A DNA stretch of 32,422 bases from an uncultured Spirochaetota bacterium (lineage in GTDB: Bacteria > Spirochaetota > Spirochaetia > SZUA-6 > Fen-1364), in assembly GCA_963745235.1 (NCBI GenBank), contig CAVUXE010000034.1, positions 1 to 32,422 of the forward strand, written 5' to 3'. A program made the position numbers and the translations under genes. The notes beneath the pieces are model-generated. The model saw nothing but the letters and a program-made list of their open reading frames with translations, did not search any database and was not told where the DNA came from. Shown piece by piece: positions 26,726 through 32,422 of this stretch (within the stretch, counting starts at the first letter, position 1; each line of letters starts with the position of its first letter).

Positions 26726-26970
26726 GAAACCGGTCTACTTCCGACGGGAACGGGGTATTCGTGGCGCAGTCGCCGGCAGCTTAGCTATCCGATTGTCGGT
26801 TGTCAGCAAATCGCTCCCTCATCCCGCCCACCGAAATGAGGGAGCGACGTTGAGAGCATCCTCGCGCCCGGGACTACTCGGCAGCGGTCTTCATCTGCAC
26901 AATCATCACTTGGTTCCCGTCCGGGTCCGCCAGGCTGAACCATGCGGCCCACGGCGACCCTTGCCAGGTT
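26726..26970. repeat. Diverged direct repeat, copy 2 (contains VOC 3' fragment 26874-26970 on the minus strand)
   Basis: Encodes WQGSPWAAWFSLADPDGNQVMIVQMKTAAE*, identical to the VOC C-terminus, with synonymous DNA differences. Similarity ends abruptly at 26970. Confidence 0.9.
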
Positions 26971-27214
26971 CAGGAGCACGTTGCCCGAGGACGCGCGGGG
27001 GGAGTTGACCCGGGTCAATGCCAACCCGCAATGGTCACGCGCAACAGCGAGCGCGCATTTTCTGTCCTGACGATTGAGGTGGCGGCAGGGCGCATTTAAT
27101 CTATCCGGTTCATGGCAAACCGGGACAAGCTCGTCCACGTTTCCAAAGGAAAGGCGTCGTACGTGGTCAGAGCCCTCTCCAGCTTGTATCCAGCCATCTT
27201 GTAAAACACGCAAA

Positions 27215-27258
27215 ATATGCCTTGCCGGTTATATGCCCATTGAGTTATACTAAGTCCA
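27215..27258 (+). promoter_or_regulatory. Promoter/operator of the ArsR-SRPBCC operon
   Basis: TTGCCG (27222), 18 bp, TATACT (27246), then ATG 7 nt later with no RBS. ATATGCC is repeated at 27215 and 27231. Confidence 0.55.
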
Positions 27259-27579
27259 ATGAGTCCGCGTGGCGTGAGTCAGAGCTTTGAAGTGCTCGCC
27301 GAACCCAACAGAAGGGCAATCCTGGATCTGTTGCGCGTCCGGGAACGCCCGGTTGGCGAGATCGTGTCCGCGCTGGACCTGAGCCAGCCCTCTGTTTCAA
27401 AGCACCTTCGGATCCTTCGCGACGCGGGCATGGTTGATGCCCGCATCGACGCTCAGCGCCGCATGTACAGACTTCGTGCGGGAGGACTGCGCTCCCTGGA
27501 CAAGTGGCTGACACCCTACCGGAAAATGTGGCAGGAGAGTCTGGACTCTCTTGAGAAACACCTGGACGAAATGCGGTGA
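27259..27579 (+). CDS. ArsR/SmtB-family transcriptional regulator
   Basis: LAEPNRRAILDLL...LSQPSVSKHLRILRDAG.V...QRR.Y. Confidence 0.95.
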   Translation: MSPRGVSQSFEVLAEPNRRAILDLLRVRERPVGEIVSALDLSQPSVSKHLRILRDAGMVDARIDAQRRMYRLRAGGLRSLDKWLTPYRKMWQESLDSLEKHLDEMR

Positions 27580-27625
27580 GCTCACCGCGCGTTGACGCGT
27601 ATCGTGGCTCCCGAAGGAGGAAGCT

Positions 27626-28150
27626 GTGCAGTATGGAGAGTTGGAGAAGCTCGATGGTGGCCGGGTCTGGCGTCTTCGTTTCAGCCGAAGGTTCGAGCAC
27701 CCAGCGGAAAAAGTCTGGCGCGCCATTACCGAGCCGCAGCATCTTGCAGCCTGGTTTCCAACGACCATCGATGGCGAGCGAAAGGTTGGGGCAACGCTGA
27801 CGTTCGTTCTCCCTCCTGAGATCAAGATCCCTCCCTTCCAGGGCAGGATGCTGGTTTGGGACCCCGAGAAAGTCATTGAGTTCGAATGGGGGCAGGATAT
27901 CATCCGCATGGAATTGCAGCCCGACGGCAACGGCACACGGTTCAGCCTTTACGACACACTTGATGAGCACGGAAAAGCGGCCCGGGACGCTGCAGGCTGG
28001 CATCAGTGCCTTGAGAAGCTCGAAAATCACCTTGGCAACGACCTCGCAGGCTCTTCGGATTGGAAGTTGCTTTTTGCCCTGTATGGGCATGAGTTCGGAC
28101 CTGAGGCCGCACGAATTGGGCCGCCCAAGGGTCACCCAGAAGCGGAGTGA
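27626..28150 (+). CDS. SRPBCC (AHSA1/START-like) domain protein
   Basis: LRFSRRFEHPAEKVWRAITEPQHLAAWFP...AAGWHQCLEKL. AAGGAGG RBS. Typical partner of ArsR. Confidence 0.92.
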   Translation: MQYGELEKLDGGRVWRLRFSRRFEHPAEKVWRAITEPQHLAAWFPTTIDGERKVGATLTFVLPPEIKIPPFQGRMLVWDPEKVIEFEWGQDIIRMELQPDGNGTRFSLYDTLDEHGKAARDAAGWHQCLEKLENHLGNDLAGSSDWKLLFALYGHEFGPEAARIGPPKGHPEAE

Positions 28151-28251
28151 GGATGAGGGTGTCTGTGGACTGACTGGGACGTATAAGCGCCAACGATAAT
28201 CACATGTCGGTCGATCGTGCACTGGGCTGACCGGTGTCACCTGTCTTCATA

Positions 28252-28293
28252 TGGGCGATACTGGATTTGAACCAGTGACTTCTACCGTGTGAA
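28252..28293 (-). other. 3' fragment of tRNA-Val(CAC), att-site-like
   Basis: Minus strand TTCACAC-GGTAG-AAGTC-ACTGG-TTCAAAT-CCAGT-ATCGCCC-A gives the anticodon loop, 3' anticodon stem, variable loop, T arm, acceptor 3' strand and discriminator. The 5' half is absent. Confidence 0.88.
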
Positions 28294-28741
28294 TCTATGT
28301 AGAGCAACCGTCGCCCTGTTCGTTGGTGTAGCTCTCTGTAAGTATGTATAAAGCCCCAAAAGAGTTGCGTCAAGCTCTATGTATCGCTGTGTATCTCTTT
28401 GTAAGGAACAACAACGGGACGTGAGACTTCTCGATGTCAGACTCAGTGCCAGAGCAGGGGAGCCGTCGAATGCGTAGTCCGGTGAAAAGTGCCATTGGAT
28501 CCGGAAATAAAAAGCCACTTTCCCACTCAGCCAATCCGCTCGCTCAGACAATGCTGTAGTGGCTCTTTTCAGTCAACAGTTCCGGTCACCTCCTTGTGCA
28601 CGTATCCCCCGGCGATGTGCTGTTCGTCGCTGAAGTCGATCCGAGGGGGGCATTCAAATACGGGGTGCTCTGAGCAAATGCAGTGGCGGCCTTCCACGGA
28701 GGTCGTTTTGTGTTGCCAACGGAGGCAGTCGCCAAAAGCGC

Positions 28742-29506
28742 TCATTCCTTCTCCTTCTTGGCTTCCCCACGATGAGCGTAGAGTTTGCGAACTGACTCCC
28801 CTTTGAGCTCAATGCGGTGAGCGGTATGCACGATACGGTCGCAGATGGCATCCCCAATGGTGGGGTCTCCGATAGCCTGGTGCCACTGGGAGACCGGAAG
28901 CTGGGAGCTGAACAGGGAGGAGCAGCGGCCGTGGCGGTCTTCCAGGATCTCAAGCAGAATGAGTCGGCTGGCTGCATCGAGAACCTCAAGCCCAAAATCG
29001 TCAACGATAAAGAGCCGCTTCTTGGTGAGCTTGGCCATCTCCCGAAGGTAGCTGCCGTCGGCCTTGCACAGCTTCATCTGCTCGAAGAGCTTTCCCGCGG
29101 GCCAGTAGCACACGCTGTAGCCGTGGATGCATGCCTGCTGACCGAACACGGAGGCGATGAAGCTCTTCCCGCATCCGCAAGGGCCTGTGAGAATGAGGTC
29201 CTGATGCTCTTCGATCCAATGACAGTCGGCAAGGCGCATGAGTTGGTTTTTCTCCAGATTCCTGTGCAAGCCGAAGTCGAGATCCTCCAGCCCTGCGCGA
29301 TAGCGAAAGCGAGCACCCTTGAGAAGTCGTGAGAGCTTGCGACCCTGCCGCTGATCCCACTCGACGTCCACCAAACGGGAGATCAACTCGTCGGAGGTGA
29401 AATCCGCCTTTGATCCCGCTTCCATGGATTCCCGCAAAGCTCGCATCATGCCCCACAGTCCCATCATCTCAAGTTTCTGTAGCGTTGCTTGGTTGCTGTT
29501 CATCAT
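28742..29506 (-). CDS. istB: IS21 helper AAA+ ATPase IstB
   Basis: Walker A GPCGCGKS, Walker B FIVDDFG, SQLP..W...IGDPT..DAICDR and LKGES. Confidence 0.96.
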   Translation of the reverse strand: MMNSNQATLQKLEMMGLWGMMRALRESMEAGSKADFTSDELISRLVDVEWDQRQGRKLSRLLKGARFRYRAGLEDLDFGLHRNLEKNQLMRLADCHWIEEHQDLILTGPCGCGKSFIASVFGQQACIHGYSVCYWPAGKLFEQMKLCKADGSYLREMAKLTKKRLFIVDDFGLEVLDAASRLILLEILEDRHGRCSSLFSSQLPVSQWHQAIGDPTIGDAICDRIVHTAHRIELKGESVRKLYAHRGEAKKEKE

Positions 29507-29514
29507 GGACTCCT

Positions 29515-31077
29515 TCAGTTGTAGTACTGGCTGCCGCGAACGTTCTCATGATGCGGCAACGGTGGCAAATCCAACTGGGGCTGACGCTCTTCCTCGAGTC
29601 CCAGATCCAAGATGCTTTTGATTCGTTTGCCCGACTGAGTTCCTACCCGCAGCGCCTTGCCACAGGCCTTGTTCAGGCGTTCGGCGCCGTGAGGTCGTGC
29701 GAGGCTCAGGATACCCAGGCAACTGCGAAATGCCTGGGGCGGATAGGCGGCAGACTCCAAGACCTTGGTGATGATCGCCTCGGTCGCGGGCCCCACGGAA
29801 CGCGCCCAACCCAGGAACTTTTCCGGGCTCCACTCCGCGTACCACCGGTGCGACGGGGGCATGTGCTCACCCAACGTCGTATAGCCGTTGGGTGTTCTGT
29901 CGCGCCGATGCTGAACCACGCGAACGTTGTCATAGTAGATGGCTACCACCCGATCGTCGTAGACGAGCTTCACTCGAGTGGGAGGGTCACGACGGCGAAG
30001 AGCGTAGGGGACGCTGTAATAGTGGCGATCCTCGCGCAACTCCACGTGGTAGTTGATCCCGACGGTGGCCTCGGTTGTCTCTTTCATCACGAAGGGTTCG
30101 GTGGGTAAAGGGCGCAAGGCACTCTTCTCCACGCGCTCGAACAACTCCTGCCTGCTGTAGGGCAGCCGGCTGAAGGAACGGTGATTGTGCTCTTCCAGAA
30201 GCTCGCGAATGGCCACGTTGACCTGCGCAAGGCTGAAGAAGACCTTGCCCCGAAGGCGGCAACTGATCCTCTGATAAACCAGCCGCACGGCGTTCTCCAC
30301 CAACGCTTTGTCCCGGGGACGACGCACACGCGTGGGCACTACCACCACACCGTAATGGCAGGCAAAATCGTCAAAGACTGGATTCAGTCCTGGCTCGTAG
30401 GGGTCGGGCCGAATCACCGCGGTGCGGGTGTTGTCGGGAATAAGGGCCTTGGGGCTTCCGCCGAAATAGCGAAGAGCTCCTTCGTTGGCCCGGATCCAGT
30501 CTTCCTCCTTCTGGCTTTCCCGAGCCTCCACATAAGTCAGTTCGCTGGCTCCCAGGATCGCGACAAATTGTTCCAGCGGCCAAGTCTGGCCGGTGTTTCC
30601 GTTGATCACCTCAAGCTTGTCTCCTGCCCAGTCCACCAACACGGCCTCTCCCGCCTTGTACTCGATGTGCATGGAGACCTCTTCGCTCTTGCACCACTGG
30701 CGGAAGTGCAACCAGAACTGGCTGTACTGGTAGCCTTGGGGATGTTCGCCGATATACTTCTGCCACAACCATTCAAGGGTCGTCCCTTTCTTCTTCAGCT
30801 CAACGGCCATCTCGGGAAACAGCGCAACCAGTTCCACATAGCGTGAACCGTTCTGGGGCGCCTTCTCGGTTTCCAGACTTTTCTCAAGCTCACTGTCGGG
30901 CATTTGTTCCACCGCGCTGTAGTCAAGACCGCTGGCCCGAAAGGCACACAGGGTCCTGGCCACCACGGTTCGTGAGACTCCCAGAGCGCGAGCAATCTGC
31001 CTTTCGCTCAAGTCGCTCGTGTGGTTGTAGCGGATGATGTCTCGAACCTTCTTCACTCCCGTCCTCCTCCGTCCCAT
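29515..31077 (-). CDS. istA: IS21 transposase IstA
   Basis: N-terminal HTH (SERQIARALGVSR), YSQF, VDWAG, PDN, RPRDKALVE and YYSVP. Confidence 0.96.
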   Translation of the reverse strand: MGRRRTGVKKVRDIIRYNHTSDLSERQIARALGVSRTVVARTLCAFRASGLDYSAVEQMPDSELEKSLETEKAPQNGSRYVELVALFPEMAVELKKKGTTLEWLWQKYIGEHPQGYQYSQFWLHFRQWCKSEEVSMHIEYKAGEAVLVDWAGDKLEVINGNTGQTWPLEQFVAILGASELTYVEARESQKEEDWIRANEGALRYFGGSPKALIPDNTRTAVIRPDPYEPGLNPVFDDFACHYGVVVVPTRVRRPRDKALVENAVRLVYQRISCRLRGKVFFSLAQVNVAIRELLEEHNHRSFSRLPYSRQELFERVEKSALRPLPTEPFVMKETTEATVGINYHVELREDRHYYSVPYALRRRDPPTRVKLVYDDRVVAIYYDNVRVVQHRRDRTPNGYTTLGEHMPPSHRWYAEWSPEKFLGWARSVGPATEAIITKVLESAAYPPQAFRSCLGILSLARPHGAERLNKACGKALRVGTQSGKRIKSILDLGLEEERQPQLDLPPLPHHENVRGSQYYN

Positions 31078-31260
31078 TCCTTCTGCCTCCCCCAACTGTT
31101 GTGGGAGAAGCATAGCAAGTAGCGTCTGGAGAGATTGGAGAGTGGGATTTCCGGGCAAGGGCCGAAAAGTGGCTCTTTTTCCCGGAACGGTGGCTTTTTA
31201 TTTCCGGAACGCTGGCTCTTTTAAACCGGAGCGCCCGGCTCTTTTCGGCCGGATTATGCA

Positions 31261-32422
31261 ATCAGCTTTCCGTCCGCTGCCTCCATCCCTTGTAGCACGT
31301 GCGGATGCGCTCCGAGTACAAGGTCGGCACCATGAAGCAGAAGCTCGCGATAGAGTCGCTTCTGCTCCGGCGTGATCGTTTGGCTCCATTCCTGGCCTCC
31401 GTGCACAAAAGCAATATTGAAGGCGTCCGGTGAGAATATCTTGGCGGCGGAGGCCAACTCGGCATCATCCAGCCACAGTATGCCCGGTCGGGAGCTTCCC
31501 GCACGCTCCCTGATTCGCCCGTCAAACCCCGTCTTGTCCACGGGGAATGCACCGAAGGACAGAACGCGGACTTTCTGGGTGCCAACCCAAACTACTGTAG
31601 GCCGGGTCGCTTCCTGGAGGTCACTCCCTGCCCCTGAAGTCCTTATTCCACACCGGGAAAGCGAAGCCAGCGTCTGTAGAAAACCCTCGGGCCCGAAATC
31701 GTAACTGTGATTGTTCGCAAGAGACAAATAGGAAAACCCCGCCTCCCTCAACTTCTCGACGGCGGCCGGACGAAAACGAAACGTGTAGCTCTTATTTTCC
31801 GCAATTCCATGGGAGGCAGTCGAGGATTCCAAGTTTCCCAGAAGCAACTGAGAGCCGCGCAAAATTGGGAGCGTGTCTCCGAACACCTCATCGACGCCTC
31901 CGGCCGAGAGGAGCATCGCATCAACTCCGCGCGCCGGCATCACGTCTCCGACTGCTTCGATCCAGGCCAACGCTGTTTTCGCGGAAGCACCGGGGCTCGA
32001 AGGCTCTTCCAATCTTCCGAACCACGCCTGCAGCCGCTCGTCCCTGGTTTCGAGTCGGAGCGTGACCTTTTGATACAGCGGATATCCTGAGTCACCAGGG
32101 AGTAGTCCATCGAGGGGAAGAGCGATGTCGGGAAGAGAGACAGCGCTCAGAGGAAGAAGCCGCACCTTTCCTTCGTTAACCTCGCTGCTGGTCGCCGTCT
32201 CGCGCTCGTCCCAGAGCTTTACCACTGGGACCACAGGCACATACGCAACGATCCTACCTTCGTGACCGTAAGCCAACTCAGCGCGGTCGCCAGGAGGCGC
32301 TGTGTCCGGCAAAAAGCGGATCACTTCAATTCCGGCAGGCAGGGGACATGCCGCCACGAGTCGCAACCATTGCGGCCACAGCTCGTCCGGCACCTCGACA
32401 AACAGCGGAAGGGAGGCGGCAC
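31261..32422 (-). pseudogene. CapA-family (poly-gamma-glutamate synthesis-like) metallophosphoesterase, truncated at the 3' end by IS21; 5' end beyond window
   Basis: AVGDVM, GNLE, SLANNHSYDFG, HGG.E and GAHPHV motifs. The stop comes from the IS end at ...GKLI, before the expected YSLGNF motif. Confidence 0.88.

Larger units (their letters stand above)
28471..31260 (-). mobile_element. IS21-family insertion sequence
   Basis: TG...CA ends with IR TGCRTARTCCGG. Repeated (T/C)GGCTYTTTT...CCGGA sites occur four times at 31170-31253 and twice inverted at the left end. istA-istB pair. The flanks GTCGAA and ATCAGC show no TSD. Confidence 0.93.

Noticed and set aside
28252-28330. Intact tRNA-Val gene
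   Set aside because: The 5' anticodon-stem strand (CTACC), the D arm and the 5' acceptor strand are absent. Only the 3' half exists.
31170-31253. Four repeats of about 18 bp with short spacers, resembling a mini CRISPR array
   Set aside because: The spacers are only 4-5 bp and the repeats lie inside the IS21 end with inverted counterparts at the other end, so they are IstA binding sites. No cas genes are present.

Overview
A 32.4 kb accessory bacterial region, probably from a Spirochaetia-like host (inferred from the A-x-G-x-K-E signal-peptide style of the solute-binding protein and the gene families present). It holds four IS elements with resolvable ends, and every one sits in a gene. IS66 (61-1661, 8-bp TSD) is in a flavodoxin/FMN-reductase gene. 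One IS1182 (3198-4861, AATT TSD) is in a VapC/PIN toxin, and a second (6964-8676, AAT TSD) is in a class III adenylate cyclase. IS21 (28471-31260, no TSD) truncates a CapA-family gene. Cargo includes a Phd/YefM antitoxin, five SAM methyltransferase genes or remnants, peptidase E, a VOC protein with a signal peptide, a sugar ABC transporter lacking an ATPase, a secreted tandem-PDZ protein, a GNAT and an ArsR-SRPBCC pair. The most interesting items are a YihY/BrkB-cNMP-binding fusion directly behind an adenylate cyclase, a GC-rich 1271-aa Asp-box beta-propeller gene abutting a decapitated BrnA antitoxin that the ORF track misses, a 42-bp tRNA-Val(CAC) 3' fragment of att-site type, a diverged direct repeat of about 230-245 bp whose copies lie 12.4 kb apart, and degenerate attC-like elements. 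Many single-base frameshifts are present and could reflect gene decay or assembly error. No CRISPR array, rRNA or intact tRNA was found. All calls come from motif recognition by eye, not from database searches.
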